Notes: generated from the sequence alone by a model not told the origin. Positions 27,133-40,772 are shown, counted from the stretch's first letter. The stretch is 64,000 nt of DNA from Antedon mediterranea (GCF_964355755.1 NC_092676.1:6735888-6799887), one strand, 5' to 3'. Numbers and translations are program-made.

Positions 27133-27636
27133 ACAAATTGTTTTACATTATATAAACATATACACGTCGTAGTGATGTATCGTTACATGTACTGTACTAT
27201 TTCAATCGACTAGGACGGTGATAGTTTCAACAAAGTATTACATCGCAATGTTTTACTGTGTTTAGTGGTATATTATTTGTAAAACATGAAAACAATTAAT
27301 ATTTCGTTACTAAATGGATAAAGAATATATTTAAAAATTGTTCCTCTTTGCACCCATCCTCTTCCCCATCCCACAACCCTAATGTTACATACAAAACACA
27401 AATTAAGTTTGTTTAAATTTGACTTAAACAATTGGTCCCATTTTGTGACAAGTTTCTCTTTCGGAAGTAATTCTCAGGGTGCTAATTTTAGTTGAGAACA
27501 TAAATCACAGTGTCTATTTATTCGTTCCTGTAAACGATATGTATTATTGTCCTGCGGTACGTACATTTGAAATCGCCAGTTTTTTAACGCTGAAATAATT
27601 ATGTATTCGAGAACCATCTGTGGGCACGACCTAGAT

Positions 27637-27669
27637 GGTACGCGAGCGAAGCGAGCGTACTAACTAGTT
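27637..27669 (+). mobile_element. Helitron/Helentron-like 3' terminus
   Basis: GC hairpin gtacgc-gagcgaagcga-gcgtac followed by CTAGT. Confidence 0.5.
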
Positions 27670-27945
27670 TGATTAATTATTCTTAGATATCTATAAATAA
27701 TGTATGTTATAAGTTTTTTTTATTGTACTATGGATGATTCCATAACCTGTTCAAATGGGTTTTTATTTATTCTATTTAGTATTCTATAAAAAAAAACATG
27801 TCTAATGATATTTCTTGAATTTCTGAAATTTGAAACAAACTTGTATTTGGCGGGAATACGTTTCCATTATATTAAAGCATTCTCTGTAACCTCAGACATG
27901 TTTATTATGTAATACTGTGTAAGTAACTAATTGCAGTGTACATAC

Positions 27946-27990
27946 CTTCATCATTATCCTGAGTAGATGACATTGAACTAACTGACATTT
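27946..27990 (-). CDS. NLR-A 45-nt linker exon (MSVSSMSSTQDNDE)
   Basis: ttttacag / gaag|gtatg, phase 1-1; homologous to 53638-53682. Confidence 0.8.
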
Positions 27991-28591
27991 CTGTAAAAAT
28001 AAAGAAATCACACTGATAAACATGTTATTTTATAGGTTCGACTACATTTATACAATTTTAAATAGAAATTACCGAACCGTATACATCTAAAGCAAAAACT
28101 AAGCAATTACATTATTGTCAAAATCTCAATTATAAACTCATAAATAAATATCTGATTTTAGAAAATGCCTCAGTTAATATTAATGAAAATTAGTAATTGT
28201 ATATGTTATTCAGTCTATTATATTATTTCTACTAGTTTTGTGTACGATTTGATAAGAGATCAATGTTTAAATACGAAAACATATGTTGTATGTTTTAATT
28301 TTATAACGGCATACAATGTGTAAGGCAAAATGTATATGTATAACCAAAAACAAACTTTTAAGTTCCAAACCTTATAATATATATAACCGATTTATTCAAA
28401 TTGTTTTTAAATGTATGTATAGGATCATCAAATAATGACATTTTGTTGAAAATGAAGCGTTCTAAGAAGAACGGGCACGAGTGCAACATAACAATACTAG
28501 TGTGTGAAATGAAAGGAAGTAAAGAAAGAAGAGTTACAGAGTATGATTTTGTGGAATGAAAGTTAATGGAAAAAGAAACCGAGGCCGGGAA

Positions 28592-29008
28592 GCATTGTTT
28601 TTTTTTCTATGAGGTTAAGGAAATCATGAATAATTCATTACCTTAATTATTTTCTATTATAAAGAATTGCAAGACAGCTGATCTACTTCCTAAATATACT
28701 ACACCTAACCCTCTATATAATCTCTCTCAACTATTGTATTAAAAAAAAATCATGTTCTTCATAGACCTCGAACCGATAGCTCCAGTGTTATTGGTTAAAG
28801 CAGGGAAGGGTTCTTCCCTGTAATTTAACTCTTCCCTGGTTAAAGCCTTTACCACTTGACCAAACATTTTAGTTGGCAAACACTGTTTACACAAGGTTTT
28901 CAATCTCTCTCCATGCTTATATAGCGCCCTCTATTGTCCTAGGTCATAATTAAGGTAATGAATTATTCATGATTTTTGCCTTAACCTCATACGAAAAAAA
29001 AGTAATGC
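28592..29008. mobile_element. MITE with ~60-bp TIRs and 9-bp TSD (Mutator-like)
   Basis: TIR gcattgtttt..tatgaggttaagg.aaatcatgaataattcattaccttaattat and its inverse; TSD GGCCGGGAA at 28583 and 29009; truncated counterpart at 56320-56585. Confidence 0.85.
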
Positions 29009-30207
29009 GGCCGGGAATAACATACACTAATACGGTAACAGAAAGGACAGCAATGAGATATGAGGAATACGCATTCCTCTTGATAGGCATATAATATTGA
29101 TTAACTCAAAATAATGTTGGAACCAGATGATAATGTCTGTTATTTTACAAATAAAGTGCAACTATTTGTCTTCCTCTGTTTGTTATAGTAGTTTGAGAAA
29201 ACATTATTAGGGACTTAAAAAGGTCATATTGCTCTATTGATGGTTGTGCATTTTAACTTAACTTGAACTTTATTATCGCAATACATTATATAAATAACTT
29301 GAAGTTGAACATAAAAAATCGCATATAGAAAATACAAAGCATAGCACTCAACACGTAATCAAAGATAAACAAGATACATAAAGAACAAATTAAATACACA
29401 CGCCGGGCTGTGCAGTATTTTACCAGTTCATGAAAACACAATGGTTTGTAATAAATGATTTTGATGTTTTAGTTTTACATAATGGTAAATAAATTTCGTT
29501 ACTGTGTGTTAGACAAGACGAAGTGGATTTTGCAAATTCAAAATCATTTTTAATAACCAATACTGCATGTTAATCTTCTTTTATGTTTATACTGCGTATG
29601 TTTTATTTTAAAACAGTATCGTAATTTTCAAACCGTACTATTTTTTTTTTCATACTTATTAGGAACTGTGCGTAAAATAAATATGAGTCTGAATTAAGTA
29701 ATAAACACTCTTAACTAATGTTATTTCTTTAATTGCGTAATTAAAATGAATGCAACATCACGGTTATTCAAATTATAATTCTATACTGGGAGCTACTTGT
29801 TTAGAACTTATTGCTTCACCTGCATCTTTTTCATGTTCATTATTATCATTTAGAAATTGTTTAATTATTTGTATATGAGTAATACTGGATGATTATTAAA
29901 ATTAAACTATATATTAAATAGACAGTAAAAGTTTAAAAAGTAAAAACCGACAAATTGAAAACCCTAAGTAATTAGAAAGTCATAAATTGTCATGGATTTT
30001 TTTCATTTTCAATTAAAAACTCAAAAAACTATTGTTACATATAATTTTTCACAATATCAATATAAAGAATACAGTATTTAAAAAGAAACTAACCATGTTT
30101 AATGAAAGTGATCTCAAACGGGTATATAGTCATTGAAATAAAAATCATCACTAAATCTATATCTTCATTAAAATAAAAAGTTAAAATCAAGGCAAAGAAA
30201 TACATAC

Positions 30208-30730
30208 TAAGTAGGCCGAGTTCTATCTGGGCTCGTTTTCCAAGAATATTTGCCAACTCATTTAACTCTTTTGGTAAAATTAATTCCTTCTCCAACTCAA
30301 ATATCACATCCCAGAGGCTTTTATATGGCTTTAGTCGATACTTTGATGTAACCTTCCGTGCCGCAGCAGGAGATCCAGATTGTCTCACAGCCCGAAAGAG
30401 TCGTTCTCGTTCTGGTTTCAACCTATTTTCACCAGTACATTTGATATTGTTATCTGCTATATACTGACGTACAAGATGTTCAGCATCTTTTGGGCCGGTT
30501 AATCTGGTAATCTCCAACAAAAGGTTGACATCAGTTGGTGTAATAACACCAGTGCCACCATTGCTATCGAGCTTGTTGAATAAATCATTTGCAATAGATT
30601 CTGTATCAGTAAGGTCTCCTAGTTGCAGATGATCACCTAGGCAAAATCTCAACAATTTGTAGTCTTCTCCTTCGTAATGCTTACCAAGTTTGGATTTCAA
30701 ATCTCTAAACTTACTCTCAAGGTCTGACAT
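30208..30730 (-). CDS. NLR-A first coding exon: tandem DED-like death-fold domains
   Basis: ATG at 30730 after an acceptor at 30751; DED-like pattern LLRFCLGD...DLFNKLD...ITPTDVNLLLEI followed by a second similar helical unit; donor a|gtatgt. Confidence 0.85.
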
Positions 30731-31230
30731 TTTTCAAAACATTTGTTTGTCTGCAAAAACAATTTAATTTAAACATGACGAATGTAATCAGGAATAGGTT
30801 TCATGTTGTATTTTTTATTTTTGCGGTTTATTGTGCGTTACTTATGTATGTCTAATTGTATTTTACCGTCATGAGCTGGCTACAGCACGTTAGAATTCTA
30901 TTAGAGGAATATAAAGGGGTTTGAACAAATTAATCTGAAAAAAGGCCTAAAGCATTTTTTTATAATTTCATGTATTTTTTAGAAGATCTGTTTTCATAGC
31001 TACAGTATAGGCCTAAACTTCTCTTTTATATATAGCTTTTACAGACCTCCTAAATTGCCCTTTCCAACATTCACAAATTGTGCAATGAATAAACACACAT
31101 TAGAACGTTATAAATGCAGTACTCAGTCATCAGTCACTGTGTCGAGACCACTACCTTGTGGTATTCCGATTTCAATGTTTCTTTTTTGTTGAATATTTTA
31201 CTATCAACTTGCGTTCTTTCACTAAGGTTT

Positions 31231-32063
31231 TTAGTCGCGTTGAAGCGACTCTATAGTTCACTATGTCGGTCGGTCGGTCTGTCTGTCTGTCGGTCTGTCT
31301 GTCGGTCTGTCTGTCGGTCTGTCTGTCGGTCTGTCTGTCTGTCGGTCCGGTATCACTATGCGTTTTATCGCTTTCTGACCTTATCTTGATATCAGTTTAA
31401 TCTAGCTAGGTCAATTTTTCACAGTATATTCCTTATGGCCAGGAATCAATGTGGTTATGTTTTCACGGTGCGCAATAAAAAATTACGCGGTCTACGCACG
31501 ATTTAACGAAATCACGTTTGTAATCATATCTTCACAACCATGAATCACAATTAAATAAAATTTGGTACTCATAAATTTCAGGGCAAAAATCCTCATATGG
31601 CAATACAATTACGTGCGTAGCGCATGTAACGCATGCGTACGCGCGCTTAACATTTTCAAAATTCATTTTCGATGAAATAAGAGTACATTTCAGGCAATTT
31701 TAAGCGTTTACAAAATTGCCATGAGTGCGCATATTTTTGCGCGCGCACTGCGCGTTAAATGTTGTTGCGCACTATTTTTGCCCGATTTCTGTTTTCTTGA
31801 CTTACTTTTCAACTCGAAATTACGTTATACGAGCACGTCGAAAGTGACAGGCTACGCACGTGTAAATTAAAAAAAAATAAATGTTTTTAAACATTTCAAC
31901 ATTTTTAAACATGTTCAGTAATTTCGGTCAGTATAGTTCACTATGTCGGTCGGTCGGTCTCTCTGTCTGTCTGTCTGTCGGTCTGTCGGTCTGTCTGTCG
32001 GTCTGTCTGTCGGTCCGGTATCACTATGCATTGTAGCACGCGACTTAATGGCTGTTGGCCTTG
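31231..32063 (+). mobile_element. Helentron-associated (HINE/DINE-1-like) element
   Basis: Subterminal inverted repeat agtcgcgt / acgcgact, two (GTCT/GTCG)n core repeats, 3' stem ggc..gcc-ttg; sits in a T run with no TSD; absent at the paralogous site near 59022. Confidence 0.85.
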
Positions 32064-32809
32064 TTTTTTAACAGTGTGATAAACTGTATCGACTCATTTG
32101 CAAATATCTAAAGAATTTGTTCCGATCGTTCTTCCTGATCATTTAGAGATGATTCAATTCATTCATCAATCAATGATTGTTGGGCGATCTTATCTAAATG
32201 CTTATTAGTCTATATTTATTAATATTAATATAAGCTGAATTGTTTAAATAATCCGCCAATTGATTCTGTATAGTCAATCTTTGTTTCTTGTTTTGTCTTA
32301 CTTATTGACCCCGTTATTGACCCCAAGAAGATGATGGATATGGTTATTATTTAGACCTGAACAATTATACGATTCACAAACAATTACACAACATTACATA
32401 GAAGTAGAGAAACTCCCAATATCCACACAAACTTGTTGTTCAAGAAAAATTATTTAAGAAAGTATTTCTCTGTTTGAAGACATCTCCCGCTCGGTACTTT
32501 GCACATTGGCAAATCAATGTCAGTTTGACCCCCGTCCCTCAAAATCATTCCGTGCACCTAAATCATATTCAAAACTTACCTTTGAATATCAGATATGACA
32601 AGCAAAATTAGCTCTTTGAAAGCAATTATAATCTTTATGATTGATAAGATTCTCTTTTATTTTATTTACTTTGTCAACGAATTACGGAGCTATTAAACAT
32701 AAAAAATACTAAAACATATTTCGTTTATGACAGATATAACCGCCTAAGATTATTTTATTGAAACTTATTCTAAACAAAATAGTTAAAACGACATATTTGA
32801 ACTCATGAA

Positions 32810-35800
32810 ACAGTTCCATTTCACTGATCAATCACATACGTCCGATCTCCCTTTTAGTCTAAGTTTTACTACTAGAACTAGTGAGCCCTGTTAGAAAATA
32901 AAAGGAAGAAAAATTATATTAATAGAAAACCCGACTGCTTCTGGTATACTAAACTTCTCACGCAAGGTACCTTATAATAGGTCTGTAAATCCTGTGGTGT
33001 GCTGCAATACAATTGATCTAGAACTTGCATGCTTACTTTTCAATATGAACAACAATGGAATGAAACGCCTGAGGTACAAATCAAATACCAGGCTTACTGT
33101 TATAGGTCCATGGTTATAGTAAAATCAACGATCGCCGATTCACAACATTAAACGACTATTATTCAGATACAGACATGCTTTTATTCTGAAATAGAATAAA
33201 AGTAACATATCTTGTTTACTAAAATTGCGATAATCATCAATATTAATCATTATAAACATTTCCCTTTTTCAAAAGCAGACCAGCATTAGCAGACATCACC
33301 TTTACGAATATGCGTCATCAAGTAAAATATCTTTGTTTTATGTTATCTCTTCGGAATTCCAACTTGTCAATATATTATGCGAAAGATGAGGACAAGTTTA
33401 GTTTTTTATAATAATTGTAGCGCGTGTACAAATATTTATCGTATGAAACTTATGGTAACATTGCTATTGCTATCAAATCTGACGTGAAAATACTACAAAT
33501 TCAACAAATGCGTAGAGAAAAAATATATAATTGTATAGGCCAGTATATAAAATGTATACACTTATACACCAGTAGCTCACTTTAAAGTACTCATGCGATA
33601 TATTAAAATATGCTCAGACCATTTCTTACTTCGTATAAACCACTAACGCGTTTAGTGTGAGGACGAATATTACAACCAAACAATGATGATAATAATAATT
33701 AGCTTGTAGTGTTTATTAGGTATTATTTTGTCGAAATTATTAAAGCAGTGCTTTCTCTAATAAAATTAATATTCACCAACGTTGATGACGTGTTAGGATG
33801 CGGTTGACAAAATAAATGACGTAGTATAGGGCCGTGTGCGAAGTTTTCAATAGCGTATGTCAATTTATGCATGCCGCCTTATTTTAGGGCTAGGATCTCA
33901 ATGAACAAATTGCGTAACTAAACATTTTCAATATTGAGTCTGAACTTGAGTCTTAACTTACTGTTACATAAATCATTTGTTAATGAATATAGTTTTTCTT
34001 TTTTCGTTTCACCTTAAAGCAATACGTGCAATTAATTTTTTTTTTTAGTAAATAGTTTTACGTTAGTATGTACTTCCCCGAAACCTTGAAATACCGGAAT
34101 GGTGTCCGGCGGGGTTTAGTTTTTTACCAACCCCGAAACCAGTTCTAGAAATATTGGAATGGTGTCCGGCTGGGTTTAGCTTTTTGCCAACCCCAAAACC
34201 AGTTCTAAAAGTACCGGGATGGACCGGTGTTTCACCATGTAGTTTAAGTTCTATTTATTTCATTTCAATGTAAATATTGTTTTATATATTTACAAATGAC
34301 AATGACTTTACGTTACTTACTCAATAATGTATGATACAATTAATTATAAATTAAATCAGTTAATTAAATTTAAAATATTATAGATTGATTTTATCTAATT
34401 TTATTAGAAAAAGTATTACATTTCAGGATGTTAGAAGCCACTAATTTATCAGACAAATTTCAAAAAACAGTATATTAGAATCTTAGGACACTAACCTCTC
34501 TCCGATGATGTAGAATAACACAAAGTATAGTTTCTCTGTAACGTTAGATTGCTAGCAGGGAAGAGTGAGGAAATGAGTCTCACTCTTCCCTGTTTTGGTG
34601 GTTGCGTAGCGTATGCACAATATAATTCGTAGTTGACATCAATGGTTTTCAGATCTCAAATGAGTCTGAACCCCTGATACTAAATACAAATACCCGTTAT
34701 GGCATTGTAATAATCACAATAATAGATTCAACCAATGAAATATAAGCAAACAAACAACAATAACAAGATTTTAAAAGACCTGGATATATTTAACAGATAT
34801 AATACAAAGAACGTCCAACAATAACACACAAAATATTGTTAACAAAAGGAACGTTAACAGATTTAGCAGGGCATATCGTTTCCTTTTATAGACACGTACC
34901 AGAATATTCCAGGGTTAACAAACTTTATCATAACTGAATAGTAGGGTTCTCTTCGCTGATTGTATGAAAAATGATAAATGATAAAAATGAGGCAGAAGGA
35001 AAAATATGTTTAAATAAATTAGTTAGTGTCACGTCTATGACCTACAGTAAGACCTAATACATGATTATTCTACTCGCATCAAACATACACTAATAGCAAG
35101 TGCCACATTCTGGTTCTTAATTCCTCCTTAAATCAATTTAGAACAGATTCAAACTTTTGAACAAAGACTAAGAATAAAATATATACTTAAAAAACGAAAA
35201 ATAAAAAGTCGAAGATTCCAATTGAGAACTTGTTGAACTACAAAAAGCCAATCTTTGTGTTTGTGGGCTTGTTATAGTTTTTCCTAAACTATACTTCTAA
35301 TAAGCTCTAATTGTGTAGAGTATCAGTTCTATTTCACTGATCAATACCTTAGATCACACAATCTAAGATATATAAACTGTATACAAACTGTATCTAAGTG
35401 TTACTACTAGAATATTGAAATTAGAGAAGCCTGCTAGAATACGGATGATTTTAAAAGAAATATTGACTTCTGACATGTTATTTGTATAATTGTATCATGT
35501 AAATCATGCATATCAAACTTCTCACGCAAGGTACCTTAGATAATAGGCCTGTAAATCCTGTGGTGCTGTAATACAATTGGTCTGGAACTTGCTCGCTTAC
35601 TTTGCAATATTAACAACAATAGCAGGAATGAAACGCTTGAGGTACAAATCAAATACCAGGGTCACTGTCAATAGTCCATGGTTATAGCAATAATCACAGA
35701 TTCACAATATTGAACGAATATTATTCAGATACAGACATTAATTTTTCTAATCAGAGTATTAGAGCAGAATAAAAGTAACATATCTTATTTACTAAAATTG

Positions 35801-35965
35801 CGATATATCATCATTATTATTCATTAGACAAGTTTCATTTTTTAAAGCAGACCAGCAGTAACAGAATCACTTTTACGAATATGCGTCAACTAGTAAAATA
35901 TCTATCTTTATGTTATCTTTTTGGAATTCCAACTTTGTCAATACATGCAAAAGATGAGGACAATT
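32810..35965. repeat. Local duplication: 32810-33395 resembles 35325-35965; a partial third copy lies near 37070-37165
   Basis: Shared aaacttctcacgcaaggtacctta, tgaggtacaaatcaaataccagg, aaagatgaggacaa. Confidence 0.85.
34076..34225. repeat. Minisatellite, ~60-bp unit, 2.5 copies
   Basis: ccccgaaacc...ggaatggtgtccggc.gggtttag.ttttt.ccaa repeated. Confidence 0.8.
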
Positions 35966-36029
35966 TTACATTTTTTAACATAAAACCATTTTTAAATAGA
36001 ATTTTGTTTTAACACATTATAGTCCTTGA

Positions 36030-36960
36030 TAATTCAATTCAATTCAATTCAAATCAACATTTATTTCTTCCACATAAAATAAGAACAAACATCCTTTTTT
36101 TTATTAAATGTTTAATCTTACTTTTTATTTATACTTGCTTGATTGATGAAAATAAATATGTAAATATCTTTTCTTTTTTTATTATTATTTTATTTTCTAT
36201 ATTTCATAAAACAGTATACATTACTTAACTTGGTTACATTACAAAGTAATACAAAATAATAATAAAGTAACATTTTCAAGTTACAAAACATATATATGGC
36301 TATTTTTATACATAAATATCAAAACGGATTCCATTTTAACAAAAAAAAAAGAATGATGCGAAATAAAAGTCTAGCTATTTTTAAAAACAATGTACTTTTC
36401 AATTTCTTTATACCTCTCATATACCGATTTGAAGTGATTTATGTGAGGTTTTTGTTCGTTAACTTTGCAGTTATAAATTTTGCAATCAGTATTAAGTTAT
36501 TAATTGCATGATTATTTCTATGATTTTCAATACCAAAACATATCCTTTCTTTATCTAGAATCACTTTTCTTTTAAACTGTTGTTCAATAATAACTTGTAT
36601 TTTCCTCCACATGACATCAATTATTTTGCATTCCACGAACATGTGTATTAAAGTTTGTTCTTTTTCTAAACAAAATTCACAAATTGGTGATTCAACAATT
36701 GATATCTTATGTAGAAAAGAGTTAGTATAAATGATACGGTGAATAAATTTATATTGAAAGTTTTTAAATTTCGTATTGATTGTGCATTTATGCAAAGTTG
36801 TGAATATCATATCCCATTGCAATTGTGTATTATCAAGTTCATTTTCCCATCTGGACTCGATTCTATCGGGCACTGTTGCATATTTTTTAACGAAATGAGA
36901 ATACAAGTGTTTACAGCTTTTTTTGGTTTTCATCAAATTATTTATTTTAGAATTTTCGAT
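36030..36960 (-). mobile_element. 3' fragment of an L1/Tx1-like LINE
   Basis: ORF 36439-36936 has FQYKFIHRIIYTN...CEFCLEKEQTLIHMFVEC, the same region as the 4744-5622 ORF. The left boundary is approximate; the (TTGAA)n run may belong to another element. Confidence 0.85.
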
Positions 36961-38499
36961 TATTAAATTTGATGGGTTTGTATCGGTGTTCTCAAATACC
37001 CAATATAACTCCTTTTAATGATTAAAACAAATTCAAACAAAAAATCCTAAAGCCTATAGCAATGTGTTTTGTGTTTGTGGGCCTCCTTTTATTATTGTTT
37101 CTCTCAACTATAATGAAATCTCACTTTTGCAAAGTATTAGTTCTATTTCACTGATCAATCACAGATATGGTGTATTGTCTGGCTGGGCTCTGTATGTTCA
37201 ATTGGTATGCCTTTTGAAATACAATTTATTCTTTCTGATTATGCTAGTATTGACTAAATAATCAAGAATTGGGTTGGAAACACAATTCTATTTTGAGAAC
37301 GGAGAGGGCGGGTTTTCGACCTCTTTGATCAAGCATCCTCTCTGTTAACACGATCACATTAAGTTGAAGACAATTTTCCTTATTTTCCATCACCGATTTC
37401 CATCCTAACACAGCAACATTTTTACAAGTAAGTTTTCTAACAATTCGGCACCTTATGCGATGCTACTCACACTTCCACGACTACAAATACTACAGCCCTT
37501 TCCTTTATGGAAAGTCTACCTATGTACTGTATGTGTGGTAACGTGAGTGTGTTTTAAGGTGTGTCCAGGCTACTGGTGTGATTCCAGTTTACACGAGGGC
37601 CAACTGTTCGGCCGCCATTGTGATTTAACACATGTTTTTTCCGACTTTATACGTATCACAGTTAGGCCGCAACTTATAACCGCTTAGACTTACTGTATAT
37701 TGGAATTTTCGTCAGTTGGAGCTCCGCCTTATCAATATCTATATATGCTTATTGTTTTCACATTAAAACATGTTGGCATTGTAGTATTTTCTTAAAGTAA
37801 TTCCAGGTGAGGAAAAGTCATTTTATACACATTTAATATTATAACCAATGTTTGTCCATTATTATTCAATGCATCAATCTGTTTTTAATACAGAAATACT
37901 CTGCTAAAGTATTACATACATAACGTATGTTAAAATAATGTAACCTTTAGGATGTTAAATGCAAGTTTGATGCTAGCCTTGTAATTGTTATCACTGATAC
38001 CGATTACACAGATGTCCAGTCAGGCAGCAACACAGAATTAAAGAGTGCTGTAGCCACTGCTAGATCAATCTCAGTTGCAATGGATACTAGCCACCAGTCA
38101 TTTTAGCTATACCATCAAGGTATTATTTATTTCTATCCCGATTTTCTGTTCATGGTGAGGAAACCCAGTTCCAACAAGTCAAACGAATTGTGTTTTATAT
38201 ATTCATCCATATGTACGTGTCCTGTGGTTTTAATAACACAACACAAGCCAGTTGACCAATCACCAGCTCACATTGCTTGTGATTGTTCAAATCAATTACG
38301 TTAAGCTAACTTCATTGCCTTTCGTGTCTAGTGGAAACCAAGCATAATGCAGTCTCCAATATAGTTTTGTTAAATAGCAGAAGAGTAGCAGTTTGTACCT
38401 TTATGTTTGTTCCTTAATTGCAATTATTTAAATGTTTTATATATTATAACGTTATATGTATTTGTTTTAATTTTTGGATAAATAAAGAACGAAGTTATA

Positions 38500-40772
38500 A
38501 ATCCTATTTATTATCACTGTGCGCTACTGCTACTAAAATGGGTATAATAGCGTACAGTGGTAAACTAATCATATTTATTATCACTGTGCGCTAGTGCTAC
38601 CAACATGGTATAGTAGCGCACAGTGTGGTAAACTAAATCCTATTTATTAACACTGTGCGTTAGTGCTACCAAATGGGTATAGTAGCGCACAGTGGTAAAC
38701 TAAATCCAATTTATTTTTACTGTGCGCCAGTGCTACCAAAATGGGTACAGTAGCGCACGATGGTAAACTAATCATATTATTTATTACCACTGTGCGCTAG
38801 TGCTACCAAATGGGTATAGTGTAGCGCACAGTGGTAAACAAAATTCTATTTAATATCATTGTGCGCTAGGGAGTGCTACCAAAATGGGTATAGTAGCGCA
38901 CAGTGGTAAACTAATCCTATTTATTATTATTACTATGTGCTAGTGCTACTAAATTGGTATAGTAGGGCACAGTGGTAAACTAATCCTATTTATTATTATT
39001 ACTATGTGCTAGTGCTACTAAATTGGTATAGTAGCGCACAGTGGTAAACTAATCCTATTTATTATTATTACTATGTGCTAGTGCTACTAAATTGGTATAG
39101 TAGGGCACAGTGGAAAAGTAAATCCTATATATTTCATTCATAATAACATTTATTTCTTATCTTTCAAAGTAAACAAAATAAAAATTTAAATATAAATAAT
39201 TAAGAGGCAAAACCCAGAAAGTAATAACATTTGATAATATTATCATTGTGCGGTACTGCTACCAAAATGGGTATAGTAGTAGCACGCAGTGCTAAAATAA
39301 ATCATATTTATTAACACTGTGCGCTACTGCTACTAAAATGGGTATAGTAGCGCACAGTGGTAAACTAATCATATTTATTATCACTGTGCGCTACTGCTAC
39401 CAAATGGGTATAGTAGCGCACAGTGGTAAACTAATCCTATTTATTATCACTGTGCGCCAGTGCTACAAAAATGGGTATAGTAGCGCACAGTGGTAAACTA
39501 ATCATATTTATTATCACTGTGCGCTACTGCTACCAAATGGGTATAGTAGCGCACAGTGGTAAACTAATCCTATTTATTATCACTGTGCGCCAGTGCTACC
39601 AAATGGGTATAGTAGCGCACAGTGGTAAACTAATCCTATTTATTATCACTGTGCGCCAGTGCTACAAAAATGGGTATAGTAGCGCACAGTGGTAAACTAA
39701 TCATATTTATTATCACTGTGCGCCAGTGCTACAAAAATGGGTATAGTAGCGCACAGTGGTAAACTAATCATATTTATTAACACTGTGCGCTAGTGCTACC
39801 AAATGGGTATAATAGCGCACAGTGGTAAACTAAATCCTAAATGTTATCACTGTGCGCTATTGCTATCAAAATGGGTATGGTAGCGCACAGTGCTAAACTA
39901 AATCCGACTTATTATCACTGTGCGCCAGTGCTAACAAAATGGGTATAGTAGCGCACAGTGGTAAATTATTCATATTTATTATCACTGTGCGCCAGTGCTA
40001 CAAAAATGGGTATAGTAGCGCACAGTGGTAAACTAATCATATTTATTATCACTGTGCGCCAGTGCTACAAAAATGGGTATAGTAGCGCACAGTGGTAAAC
40101 TAATCATATTTATTAACACTGTGCGCTAGTGCTACCAAATGGGTATAATAGCGCACAGTGGTAAACTAAATCCTAAATGTTATCACTGTGCGCTATTGCT
40201 ATCAAAATGGGTATGGTAGCGCACAGTGCTAAACTAAATCCGACTTATTATCACTGTGCGCCAGTGCTAACAAAATGGGTATAGTAGCGCACAGTGGTAA
40301 ATTATTCATATTTATTATCACTGTGCGCAAGTGCTACCAAAATTGGTATAGTAGCGCACAGTGGTAAACTAATCCTATTTATTAACACTTTGCGCTAGTG
40401 CTACCAAAATGGGTATAGAAGCATAGCCTACAGTGGTAAACTAATCATATTTATTAACACTGTGCGCTAGTGCTACCAAATGGGTTTAGAGCACACATTG
40501 GTAAACTAAATCCTATTTATTATCACTGTGCGTCCTGTGCTACCAATAAGGGCATAGGATCGCACAGTGGTAAACCAATCATATTTATTAACACTGTGCG
40601 CTAGTGCTACCAAATGGGTATAGAGCACACATTGGTAAACTAAATCCTATTTATTATCACTGTGCGTCCTGTGCTACCAATAAGGGCATAGGATCGCACA
40701 GTGGTAAACTTATCATATTTATTATCACTGTGCGTTAGTGCTACAAAAATGGGTATAGTAGTGCACAGTGGT
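38500..40772. repeat. Satellite, 66-67-bp palindromic unit, 30 or more copies, with an AT-rich interruption at about 39130-39240
   Basis: Unit ttatcactgtgcgctagtgctaccaaatgggtatagtagcgcacagtggtaaactaatcctattta; 336-bp higher-order repeat (39841 vs 40177). Confidence 0.97.

Noticed and set aside
31114-31389. 91-aa ORF with SVCR repeats (and 58845-59189)
   Set aside because: Microsatellite of the HINE element; the frame is not conserved in the paralogous region.
37170-38400. Relatively GC-rich stretch that might be a promoter or exon
   Set aside because: No recognisable ORF, splice pair or repeat structure; left unannotated.
38500-40772. CRISPR-like array of palindromic repeats
   Set aside because: The intervening sequences are repeated rather than unique spacers, there are no cas genes, and the context is eukaryotic. 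ORFs 39471-39695 and 40701-40967 are repeat translations.
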